64,000 nucleotides of DNA. Origin: Botryllus schlosseri. Lineage: Eukaryota. Shown piece by piece: positions 51,729 to 63,698 of this stretch. The stretch is taken from positions 40,550,001-40,614,000 of the forward strand of contig CM119371.1 in NCBI GenBank assembly GCA_051294905.1, given 5' to 3'. The translations under genes were made by a program, and so were the position numbers. Positions within the stretch are counted from its first letter, which is position 1. The number at the start of each line of letters is the position of its first letter. The notes beneath the pieces are model-generated. The model was not told the origin of the DNA and did not search any database. It saw only the letters and a program-made list of their open reading frames with translations.

Positions 51729-53974
51729 AGCTATTGGAGAAATCTCAACGTAAATCAATCTGCGTTCACAATTCGCGTAAGCTAATGCTGCATCGAGAAA
51801 TTATAGCTACATTTAGTTTAAATTGGCACGAAAATACATTGATCTTACCTTATGCCTGCGATGCCTGCATCCCTGCGCACATGGCAATACTTGTAATAGA
51901 AATGTGAAGTTTTCAGAATGCGAATTGCTTTACGTCGGAACTAAACATTCTAATTCGTAACGCCAGCGCGGCGTTTTCTTGGAAACGCAACTTTATTTAG
52001 AATGTTCTAATTCACTTTGTCGATGTGGCGCAACTTTTTTGGAATCGTAAGCAACTGTATTCGTGGCACATTTACACGCGTCAATTTCTTGGAATAGTAT
52101 TCAGCAATATGCGCGTGAGCTTTCGCGTCATTGTAGACATTTATGGTGGCGATATCTGCATTATCAAGTTGCATTCGCAGAATTCCTCAAAATCATTGAC
52201 TAATTAATGATGACACAGATGTTATAAGTACACACGAACATAGTCTTACATTTATGTGTTATTACTCGAAAAAGGTGTTGTCTCGGAATTTAAGAGAGAA
52301 TCGGCGGTTATATTCTCAAAACAGCTCAATACGGCTAGTTTGCTCAATAGCCTGGTGGTGAGCGATGTGAAATTATACCCAACCAAACCAGGTTCGATTC
52401 TAGCTAAGGTAAGTTTTGACGTGGCAATGAGTGACATAGGTGCAGCAATCGACATCGCGCGGGTTGATGCTGTGCAGCGTATAGATGCGGCAATCAATGC
52501 GATGATGATGTGGCAATGGATGATGTGGCACTATAGACGTGGCAATGGGTGTGCTATAGGTGCGGCAATGGGTGGATGATGTGGCAATGTAGGCGTGGCA
52601 ATTAAGGCGACGTGGCGAAATTTGATTGGCCTGCAACAAACGATTCAACCCACACTACTTACGTGGTTAAAACTTCCATTTATAATCCATAAATAATCGA
52701 AATTATTTTCGTTGCTGTTGGCCGTGGGTTGCCATAGCCTGGGGACAAAATCAGCCGCTTCCCTCCCATTTTTAACTCGTACATTGTAAGTCCAGACGTG
52801 CCACTACAACTCATCAGAGTTGGAGGAAAGCTACAATTCGATAATATGAATATATTTTTGAATATAGGAACATCACAAATATAACTAAACTATATTCACT
52901 AATTCTACAATTTCCCATAAAGCTCTGTGGCCAACTCTGACCCAGCAGTGAGCCATGGCCCACCCTTTGAGAACCCCTGGTCAAGTATTTACATAGTTTG
53001 CGATGTTTTCAGAGCGTAATCACATGTTTAACATTACCGTTGCATATTACGGATTCCGAATCACTGTACATTCTCCGCTGCAAACTTTCGATTTGCGACA
53101 TAAATAATTTGCAACACCATCAACCCACCCACTTCCACGTAAAACCTTCCGAAATCAACGGAAAAAAAATAAACCATATCGCTCGTTGATTAACGCAGGC
53201 GTATGTTTTGTTGACTTACTTCGTAGTGGGGATGGTGTGAACCTCTGAACCGTTCAAGTTCGTGTGAACCCGAACCTTTCTGAAAGGTTCTGTGTGAACG
53301 CGAACGTGAACCTCGTGACGTGACGTGACGTGACGTATTATTGCTAATTCTAACCCCACATTTCATTGAAGAGATAGCCTATATTAATGTTCACGAAACC
53401 TAGCGAATACTCGGACCACATATTGCTACAATGCTGAAATAGATATTGACATTTTAAACGTCGCCAAATGTATCAAGTGAGGCAATCAGATGATATAATA
53501 ATCCCGTAAAATCAATATCTTTGGTCGCTTTGCCAACAATTCCGACGAGGACTTGCAAGGGATAAGTTATACAGCATTAGCCAACACCCTAATCGCACGG
53601 ATTTGGTTTTCATGATACAATAAACATATGCTGGTGAAGTCATATTTTGTGATACGATTGTTGATATACAATGTTCTTTCCAATTCTCTACTAGTTGCTG
53701 ACGATTACCCCTGACGAGTGTCAGCCGAAAATATTCGGGTTCATTTCAATATGAATATACTATTCAATTGTACTATGTGTAGATAAAATATAAATACCCC
53801 AATTGTACGCATACAGACAACGAATCTACCTAAGACACGCCAGGATCGTTTTTTATAAGCACATCACTGAAATAATTAAAAATGGGCTGGCCAATCTGAA
53901 ATCTCACTCGTGATCCAAATTATGTCAATCCCGTTGCAGCTATCTCGCTGTGATATTAAGTATTTACCTTGGAT

Positions 53975-54295
53975 CAGTTGTTCTCAAACTTTTTAAGACA
54001 CGCCCCCCGCCCCCCCCTTATGATGGAGAAAGATATTTGCGCCCCTTATCGTCATATCACAAAACGCAACCAGGATGCTAGCCAACCTAACGGGTAGTTT
54101 GATGGCATGGTTTGCTCCGACTGTGGATGCGAGATTTTTAAATATGTAATTCAGACTAAATACAGAGCAATAACAATGAATTGGATGTAAATCGCGCGGA
54201 GCGGGAAATTTTTTTTCAATTGAGCACAGCTTCGCGCCTCCTTCAGATACTTTCACGCCCCAAGGGGGGCGTGCCCTCGAGTTTGAGAACCACTG
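53975..54295. mobile_element. hAT MITE (older)
   Basis: TIRs CAGTTGTTCTCAAACT / AGTTTGAGAACCACTG; degenerate TSD CCTTGGAT/TCTTAGAA. Confidence 0.75.
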
Positions 54296-57200
54296 TCTTA
54301 GAATTATAATGGTGAAGTTTATTTAAAAAAGTTATTCAAGTCCCTGCATTAATTCGATTTTTAGTACACATTCTATCAATACTTTTGAAAAGTTGCTTTA
54401 GACTCTCGCGGGTCGCATGCGGCCCGCGGGCCGTTGTTCGGCCACCCTGGTTTGGGAATATCAATTTGATTCCATTTTTGAAGTCCTAAAAGTTTACTTT
54501 AATCCCGCCATTTTCCCTAGAGGACAGGATACTACTCGGATTATCTGTGTATTTACCAATTGTGCCGTAATAATTTTAGCGTAACTCAAAGCGATGTATT
54601 TCTGCAACCGTCATAAGACTTTACAACTATGTTTATTACTGCGAAGTCATAATGAGGCAATTGATGTTTCTGTACTTCTGAAGAAATCTGTTGATCCCGT
54701 CATTAAATATATATTGCAGCTATATCGCAGGATTCACGTTGATGTGGGTATACTACTTTATTATTCAACAGCTTTCAGGATCGCCTATAGTTTGATATGA
54801 CTATAGAATTGCGGATTCAGGCTTTAATTTCGCCTAATTATCCCATCAAAAATTATCCCATTCCGAACTCACTCAACCTAATTCATTTCGTGTAAGTCAT
54901 CGAACGGTGCGTACCGTTGTTTGCTTTGTAAATGTTGCAGGATAACAGCTGAGCACAAAGGCCCTTAGGCCCAAATTGTTAAACAGCGAATATTCGTAGA
55001 CAGTTCAAGTATCATTTTACAATAGTACAGTTGCACTCATTGTCGCTCAAAACACCAAGGACAAAAATAAAGTACGTCTTTTCCAATACATTTCCATATG
55101 CATGATATTTGTTCAAATTAGCCCACGAGTTTTGAAGTCCACGCTAATCATTTTTAAGTGTTCGTAAATCAAGCATACAAATTCACGGTGATTTTTGCAG
55201 AATGACGATTCAGGTAGTTATTTCCCAGTAACTATATCAACTGCGACTTGATTTTAGATTCAGATGGTAACTTGTTTTATATCCATTGGAAATATATATT
55301 TCCTATGAGTATAAAATCCTTTCCCTTGGCTAGCTTCGCGTATGATCCAATCAGCACCAAGTTACTGCTAATTATACAATGACGCATACATTGATCTCAT
55401 TAAACGAGATATATGTTGGCGCAAGTCACCGAGCGATATGATTTGTTTGTTTCCGTTGATTTCGCAACATTGCGTGGACGTTGGTGAATTGACATTGCTA
55501 CATATTTACTATGTGACAACTTCGAACGTTGCAGCGTCGAATTTATGGCGATACAGAGTTCGTAACATAAAATGGCAAAGTGCAAGCTGCCATTACAGAA
55601 TGAAATGTTCACGAATTATTTAAATGCTGAGCCGAAAAATACCGTTTGTACTGGCGGGACGGTTGCCCTCTTAGATACCTAAATTATTCAAATTTTAGAG
55701 CCAAATGACCCGCAGCCATTGGGAATGGGAAAACAATCACAGAAAATCAAACGGAATATCATATCGGTGATAAGTTTCTGTATAAATCGTATAGGATCTA
55801 CCGAAGTATTACAAATTATCAGCGTATTCAAACACATTTCTGATTCCAGTAGAGTTTGTTAACACGTTTCGGATAGCGGAATCTCCTCAATATCAGCGGT
55901 AGTTGTGATCCTGCTCAGTATGCCGAGAAGGCAATGTAATATTCCTACAGTATCAAAGTATAAAATCCCAAGATATTGCATATATATCAATGGCTACTAA
56001 CCTGGCTTTACCGATACTTGGACATCAAATGATATTCAGTTCCTACCCAGGGATATATAGAGCTATACATCCCTGTTCCTACCTAATAGGATTTCATGTC
56101 ATGACTATGGCGTGCCAGTACAGCGTAATGGGCTCGTTTCGCACTATACAGCTACCTGTAGCATTTGCAGGAAACCAGAAATGAGGTTAGAATTGAAATA
56201 TAGCATTGGAACAATATACCAAACGTAAATGCATACACCAATGACTTAGTTTGCACATGAATGTTTTAGACGTAAGAAAGTGCGAGGCGGGAATTTTTTG
56301 TAGGTAGCAGGATTTTCCTACAGTCTTTGACAATTTATATTCGTGTTCCTAGATAAAAGTGTAGCGATAAGCGTCACCAACGCCACTACCAGTTCGACAT
56401 GACGTGTTTGGAATTACACAACAAAAAAGTCCATATGCATCACCGTTCTGAACTCTGGGCCTAATATCAAAGACAATCAACTCCTGGTTGAGTTGTTGAA
56501 CTCCTTCATACTGACAATTTAATGTACAGAGCCTGCGCATTGTGCGCAATCATTGAAATTTAAGATCGGTAGCTGTCAGACAACAAATATTCGTTCTAGG
56601 TATTCCGACATCAATATATAATTTACTAATCATTGGTGAAATATTGTACCGAACTACTTTCTTGGTATTGGACAATTGTACGGTTTCTTATTGAAATGAC
56701 TCTGATAACTTACTGGCCGTCACCTATCTTCTGATTACTAGCAATCGTATTCTCTGCTACATATTGATAATTTGTAAAGGCGCAACAAGACACACGCTCT
56801 ACATTCTACAATAAATGGTTTAACGCAATCAGCAATATCGTAGCATAATAGTCGAGTAGTTCATCGGTCGCCTTTTCTATCGCTATAGCGGACCGTTATT
56901 TATTTACAATTAGCAAACATTCCGTACTACAATAAACCAGAGGACTGAGGAGAGCGACCGAGCATTGATCACATATGGACTGCAATATGATCCATATAAT
57001 GCTGACCTCATTACCGAACTATCCAAAGCTTTACGAGTTCGCTTCATTTCAGTTCTCCTTGCAAAATTTCATCGACGAGTCGACTATTCTAAACTTTAGT
57101 TTCGAACACTTATTGAAATTCATTTGCAAAGCAATCCATTTCGTTCAGTTGATGATAAATTAGCGATTAATAGCAAAGAATTTCGCTGCAACTTTCAAAC

Positions 57201-57910
57201 CATAAAACGAGCTCAGCCATAAGAATATATGCTTGACATCGAGTGATATATGGTTCGTTTGTTTCAGTTGACTATCCAAGATACCATGGGCTTGCACTGT
57301 GTACATTGCGTCTCTGTAAATTAACTTGGCGAGTCCGCACTTTAGCAGCGTCTTATGCTAAGTCCTTTGGAATTCCTAACGCACAACATCGAATTCGTAC
57401 TTTTAATTAGTACGGTTTTAAAATGTTTCAGCTCATGTCAAATCTGGTCGGGGCGGGAAGGTTCGTGTTACTTACTCTGTTCGGCAAGCGATTATTTCAT
57501 TTTGCTAATAATCAGGAGTTTCGGAATGCTATTCCTGGGTCTGTTCATTTGCCCGCATAAACTCGCAGTGCCCGCAAAATTTCGAAGTTGGCTTACCAGA
57601 ATGATCGAGGTGTGCTTTCGGTCAGCGTCAGCAGCCTAAAGAATAGAATGGGCACAAAATAGACTCGGAACAATAAATTTATTTTGCTACCACCAGAAAA
57701 CAAACACAATACAACGTTCGACAAGCATCGAGATCATTCAAAATAACTCCATATGCCACAACGATGACGAAGCACTGACATATGTAATGATACTGCATTG
57801 CCAAGAAATGTAACGTGAAATATAATAGAAAATACCCTATAGATGACAAAGATGATGATGGCATTTCGTCGTCGGCCATTTCTGCGCCACGACGCACGAA
57901 GACATATCAG

Positions 57911-58156
57911 CAGACCGTGTTATTTTTGGCATTTCAGGAGCCAGATGCCAAAACTGCCAAAATAAAAATTTGAAAATGCCAAAAATAAGCAATTTTTGGC
58001 ATATGCCAAAATAACACGGCCTGCCAAATAGTGTAATTCAAGGCTGAAACTATCTATTTAGAGGACGATGCCAAAACTGCCAAAAATAAAAATCGAAAAA
58101 TGCCAAAAATAACTTATTTTGGCAGTTTTGGCATATGCCAAAAATAACACGGCCTG
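57911..58156. mobile_element. MITE with TGCCAAAA internal repeats
   Basis: TIRs CAGACCGTGTTATTTTTGGCAT / ATGCCAAAAATAACACGGCCTG; perfect 8-bp TSD CATATCAG. Confidence 0.9.
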
Positions 58157-58779
58157 CATATCAGGTTTTAGGCCATGTAACATGCGACTCCGAAAAGTGT
58201 TCCAGAACGATCGGCAGCGAGAAAACCTTGGTCGAAAAGGAATGCCCTTATCCTGACCGAAAACTAGATCTAAATGCATATATCTTTAGTTGTCTGTAGG
58301 CTTTCAAATGACTGTCGCCGAATGTTCTTGTCCTGACAATCTGAACCCCACGAGACAAATGCCATCCCGCAGAGAATTATTTGTCGGTGCAGAAATACAA
58401 ATTTGAAATCGTGTGCGTCTTTCAGTTTAGTCTGTTTCGGCGGTTTCAATATCTTTTGACATATCAGACAGGAAGTGGGTGGGTGTCAGATTCCATAGAC
58501 TACTCCTTGTCGCTTCGACATCTTCCTGTCTTTTCATTGTATATCGCATTTTTGTGGTGTATTGAACTGATAAAATTGCTAATAAACCAATGATGACAAT
58601 GACGAAGTCACGAAATAACATCTGGTGACTAACTCATTATACACAAACGGGTCCTCTCGAATATGTTTAACATTTTTACGGGTACTACATTTTCCAGGAC
58701 ACCTCACTTGATTCTACTGGAAAATCTGTTAATGTGAGCAGAAACAGGATAAAATATATTTATAGCAATATGTACTAGG

Positions 58780-61700
58780 TGTCGTCTCCAAGTAGAGACT
58801 TATGAAGAATGTGATTGGAGTAGGCTGACTCTGGATCTCCTCCCCAACTGGTACGAAACAAGAACTCCAAATGGACGAATATCTTATTAAAATACCGTTG
58901 AAAAATTGCTGGTAATATCCTTGTAACAACCAAATACTCCCGTAAATAAACAATAAATGTAACAGACCAACAACAACAAAACAAAGCTGGCTACTCTCAC
59001 CGCGTCGCTCACGAAATGAGTGCACGTGCGCTCCAAAGCAGTCCAAGTGGCGAGTGAGCCATAAAGAAAATAATATCCACCGTGACATAGCCGGCCCTGT
59101 GACGAAGTGTGAACTGCCAAAGCAATTACATAGAGTCACAATAACTGATGAGCGGTGGTAATGAATGTTAACAAAATGTAAAAATACACAGGGTAGTTGT
59201 ACGAATATGAACTTACGAATATTATGTTCGTAGGTTCTACGTACAGTACAAAACCTCACTCTCCTGACCAAGACATTACAGTCAGGTAGTATGATTAGGA
59301 TACAATAAAGGGTTGCCTTATCGACATAATTACGTCGCAGGCAATTATTTTGCGAACACAAAATTGTGCAATATCAGGAGTACAAGTGTCTCCAAAGATG
59401 TGAGAAGTCATCTGAAGTCAGATCTGCTGCCCATGGACATTCAAGTATTCAAAATCGACATAATGCCCCAATGAACGATGAACTAGAAGTGAATTGACAA
59501 TTAGGATTAGTAAAATTGGCATTAAATGCAGAAAAAGTAGTGTCTAATGACATTTTCAACAATAACAGAAGTCTTGTTATTGCAATCAAGGGAATTAACC
59601 TCAGTGGAATACACCTAATTTGTTCGAAGGGTTTTGTCACAACCCATAGAAGAGTGGCCAAGTTATCATGAAGTAACTGCTGACTTCGTAATCCAGGTAA
59701 CGCATAAGAACTTGTTACCAATAATACAGTAAAAATCATTTAGATCAATAATTGGGTGGACATTAGACGCGTCCTTCAGGTATCATTGTGCAAAAATATC
59801 TGCGCTTGGGGTAAGATTTTCAATAACAGGAAAATGACAAATAGCTAATACATCATTCAAGTTGATGCCCGTGCTTTACCCGATTCCTTTAACGGATATG
59901 GGCACAAATTTATGCTGGCGGGGAAGGATGGCAGCGGTATTAATCAAACAAGTCAGCGGTTCACATCTGATAACCAATTGGTTTAGGAAGAAAAAAGTAA
60001 ACAGGCAGTTGGTAGCCTCAGAAATAAGGAATGCATGTGTGATAAAACTGGTAGAAGCTACCAGACAGGTGATTATCACCAAAGGTGTGGACAGATGTAC
60101 AGGACAACTTATCTCGGCAATTGCAGGAGATAGAGTTGTAACTGTGTTGTTGCTGGCAACAACAATCGATTTAGGATATAACGAACATTTATATGCGTCA
60201 TTTAATAAAGTGCTTTGAGCACAGCCACATCCATGAATTTTGCAATGACATGTGGATGGGTAATAATTGTGATCATGATCACAGAATGAACGATTACGGC
60301 GTACCAGACTCTCTTCTACGAGTCCATGACGTTGCCGAACTTGCATCTTTTGGATTTCTTCAAAGTTGAAGAGAAGATGAAGATCTTGACACAGGATACA
60401 TGACGAACGTAGCTCCTTTTCAGAGGTACATCGACGCATCGAGCCGGAATCCATAGATGTAGAATTCACCTCTATTGCAGTTTTGCGCGGATTCTTCGAG
60501 TACATCTTGTGAGGTATGTTTGGATCGATGTCTTCGGGTTCAAGTGAACAATCAAATTCATTGTTGACCGGACCAAATGGTGACCGAGTCAATGCTATTT
60601 CCTTCTTGACAAATTCAACGAAATCGTTGCGATTTGGATTAACACTGGCTTTTTCCTGGTGAATTACAGGAGATGAAGGTGGAATAACAGGACATTGAGC
60701 AGGCTGCAGCAGCTCACAATTGTGAGTGTTAACTGTTGCGGGGTGCGTAGAACTATCAATGAACATTTCACAAGTGTGAAAGCCTTGATTAAAGTTGGTC
60801 GCATCAGCCGCCGCACTACGGGTGGCTGAGTATTGACAATTAGAGGATATTTTAGGTTGCGCAGCCGGCCCATTATAGGCTTCTGAGTAACGGCAACTGA
60901 ATATCAAATCTGGTTTCACAGCCGGCCCATTACAGGGGACTGAGAATAGGTAGTCGGATGAAATAACTGGTTTCACAGCCGACCCATTACGTTGGGCTGA
61001 GAACCGGTAATTGGATATCTTCTCTGACAACGAACATCCTACAACAAGTGGAGTAGGGCAAGTCGCGAAAGTTTGACATTGAGTGGTAATGGCCCGAGTA
61101 TCGAGAAAGTCTTCTGTGAGTGGTTTATCATTAATAGCGTTGCCAACTGGCAGTCCTTTGTTGTGGGTGTCATTACTATCCAAGCCGCAGCAACCTTTAT
61201 GACTGGTTACAGAAGCTAATGATCCAAATTGTGACGAAACAATTGCTTTATACCGTTCAAGTTTTGACTGAGCATTGAAAAGTTCCCATTCCAACCTTTT
61301 CAAATTGTCTTCTTCATGCGTCCACAATGTCTGTAAGTTGTCAAGTGACATACTTACACTTTCAGCAGTAATAAGTTTACGGAATGTGCCATCAGCAATA
61401 TTCTTTACATATAGACACAGGTCACAAAATGACAAAATTCTTTCTAATATTGATTCGGCATAGACACTGTCCTCGGTTATCTTTTCTTTGATACCGGTAG
61501 TAAGATTGTTCAACTGGGTATTGACTCGATGGAATGTCTCGTCAAGACTGTCTTTTGCAGCCAGAACAGTTCGGGGAGTAGCTCCACTCAAACATTTAGT
61601 AAAGTAGGTATCGGCAGCGTGGAAGTCTCTTGCTAGACCGGCCAAAATATTGTCAGTGACTTGCATATCGAAGCCTTTGACTGTAATCTCCTTATAGGCA

Positions 61701-62122
61701 TTAGGGTCTCTTCTTGGACCAAAAGTAATATCATCGACTTGCGCATCGAAGTCTTTGACTGTAGATGGAGGATCCATAACGAAGTTAATGGAATACACTC
61801 AATTTTTCAACCTTTGTCGTCTCCAAGTAGAGACTTATGAAGAATGTGATTGAAGTAGGCTGACTCTGGATCTCCTCCCCAACTGGTACGAAACAAGAAC
61901 TCCAAATGGACGAATATCTTATTAAAATACCGTTGAAAAATTGCTGGTAATATCCTTGTAACAACCAAATACTCCCGTAAATAAACAATAAATGTAACAG
62001 ACCAACAACAACAAAACAAAGCTGGCTACTCTCACCGCGTCGCTCACGAAATGAGTGCACGTGCGCTCCAAAGCAGTCCAAGTGGCGAGTGAGCCATAAA
62101 GCAAATAATATCCACCGTGACA
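58780..62122 (-). mobile_element. Non-autonomous BEL/Pao-type LTR retrotransposon (3343 bp)
   Basis: 308-bp TG...CA LTRs at 58780-59087 and 61815-62122 (2 mismatches seen), 5-bp TSD CTAGG, CAGGGCCGGCTA just before the 3' LTR, a gag-like ORF and no pol. Confidence 0.9.
59876..61798 (-). CDS. Gag-derived protein of the BEL/Pao element (640 aa) with degenerate triple zinc knuckle
   Basis: Helical/coiled-coil N-terminus. CILCQDLHLLFNFEEIQKMQVRQRHGLVEE...DH...STCHCKIHGCGCAQSTLL matches the spacing of the BEL/Pao Gag CCHC cluster with several ligands lost. Four ~19-aa internal repeats. Confidence 0.7.
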   Translation of the reverse strand: MYSINFVMDPPSTVKDFDAQVDDITFGPRRDPNAYKEITVKGFDMQVTDNILAGLARDFHAADTYFTKCLSGATPRTVLAAKDSLDETFHRVNTQLNNLTTGIKEKITEDSVYAESILERILSFCDLCLYVKNIADGTFRKLITAESVSMSLDNLQTLWTHEEDNLKRLEWELFNAQSKLERYKAIVSSQFGSLASVTSHKGCCGLDSNDTHNKGLPVGNAINDKPLTEDFLDTRAITTQCQTFATCPTPLVVGCSLSEKISNYRFSAQRNGSAVKPVISSDYLFSVPCNGPAVKPDLIFSCRYSEAYNGPAAQPKISSNCQYSATRSAAADATNFNQGFHTCEMFIDSSTHPATVNTHNCELLQPAQCPVIPPSSPVIHQEKASVNPNRNDFVEFVKKEIALTRSPFGPVNNEFDCSLEPEDIDPNIPHKMYSKNPRKTAIEVNSTSMDSGSMRRCTSEKELRSSCILCQDLHLLFNFEEIQKMQVRQRHGLVEESLVRRNRSFCDHDHNYYPSTCHCKIHGCGCAQSTLLNDAYKCSLYPKSIVVASNNTVTTLSPAIAEISCPVHLSTPLVIITCLVASTSFITHAFLISEATNCLFTFFFLNQLVIRCEPLTCLINTAAILPRQHKFVPISVKGIG

Positions 62123-62191
62123 CTAGGGTTGTCCATAATTTGAAAAATCTTACAAATCCTCGGTTGTAATGTCTTATTCGATAGATTATTG

Positions 62192-63698
62192 ATAAAAAAC
62201 GACACTGAGCCTGAAAGAAGCTCACAGAAAGGCCGTTAAGATTTCGTGCAAAGCGTTTGAAAGTAGCTGCCGAAGAATGGGCGTGTCACCGACCATAGAA
62301 CGGCGAGAAGACTAGTAATCAAGAAACCACGGCTCTTGATTGGATAATCGGCTATGCTTCAATGACCACGTCAGCAGCAGCTTGCTGATTAGGTGAACAA
62401 GGAGTCTGCTACTGGCGGCTATTCTGAAAGCGCATTGTAAGTAGGTTGACAGATAATGATTTAGGATTGATTCAAGGTATCTTGAGGTACGAAATACATG
62501 ATGTACAAACAACAGCTGCTTCACAAAAGCATCTAAAGCATGACCGCTTCATCGTGAAGGAAACCGCTGTAGCCTATATATGCCTTGTTTTCAACGAGGG
62601 TAAGCATAGGCGCTTATGCAAGTGGCAATTGATTCCTAGATTCAGAAATAATATATCATTATTGAATTCAAAGACAAAGCTTAACAATGACACTATAAGT
62701 TAGGTGATCTTATTGGGCTCAGGTTGCCTTACATAGTTGAAGTTTTGAATGCTCTAGCGATCGGCTGAATCAGACGGTTAGGCTTAGCACTCACCAGATG
62801 TTTGCAGCAAATTGAATTCACTTGTAAATGTTTTCAAAGTCCCTAATGATGTCGCAGAAACGAGGTTTAAATGCAAGCACAGGCCCTGCTTGATATGATA
62901 TGCAAACTATGTTGGATACTATGCACTATGCAGCATTGTCTGTGTTTACCTTTACACCCCTTTTCTGCGCGATTATTAAGGAATTTGGCATATCATATCC
63001 AGCATATTATGTGCTTACTTTTACGCCTCTTTTCTGCGTCATCATCAAGGACTCTGACAACACTTGCAAGTAAATACATGTTGATGCAAGCATCTGACAA
63101 GTGCCAAGCATAACCCGCTGATTCAGCCGACCCTTAGAGCTTTCAAAACTTCAACTATGTACTACAACCTGAGCGCAATGAGATCACACAAACTATAGTG
63201 TCATTGTTAAGCTTTATCTTTGTATTCAATAATGATATATTATTTCTGAAACTAGGAACCCGTCGCCACTTGCATAAGCGCCTATTCTTTCCCTCGTTGA
63301 AAACAAGGCATATAGGCTACGGCGGTTTCTTTCACAATAAAGCAGTCATGCTTTAGAAGTTTTTGTGAAGCAGCTGTTGTTTGTTCATCATGTATTTCGT
63401 ACCTCAACATACCCCTAATCAATCCTAAATCATTATCTGTCAACCTACATACAATGCGCTTTCAGAATCGCCGCCAGTAGCAGACTCCTTGTTCACCTAA
63501 TCAGCAAGCTTCTGCTGACGTGGTCATTGAAGCATAGCCGATTATCCAATCAAGAGCCGTGGTTTCTTGATTACTAGTCTTCTCGCCGTTCTATGGTCGG
63601 TGGCACGCCTATTCTTCGGCAGCAACTTTCAAACGCTTTGTACGAAATCTTAACGGCCTTTCTGTGAGCTTCTTTCAGGCTCAGTGTCGTTTTTTTAT
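62192..63698. mobile_element. ~1.5-kb fold-back (long-TIR) non-coding element
   Basis: 62192 to about 62905 is the reverse complement of about 62983-63698, with a loop of about 80 bp. Confidence 0.88.

Larger units (their letters stand above)
30318..52659. mobile_element. Element B: giant fold-back element with Polinton/Maverick-type termini and 6-bp TSD (about 13.4 kb after collapsing the assembly overlap)
   Basis: TACGTG|AGTAGTGTGGGTTGAATCG...CGATTCAACCCACACTACT|TACGTG, with the TSD at 30312-30317 and 52660-52665. Left arm 30318-37257 mirrors 46237-52659. No long ORF. Confidence 0.9.

Noticed and set aside
54500..57900. Possible host exons in the least repetitive stretch
   Set aside because: Only short ORFs with no recognisable domain or supportable splice structure; small exons cannot be excluded.
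58729..59361. 210-aa ORF and the related 146-aa ORF at 61785-62225
   Set aside because: They run through the LTRs and out into flanking DNA, with no recognisable domain.
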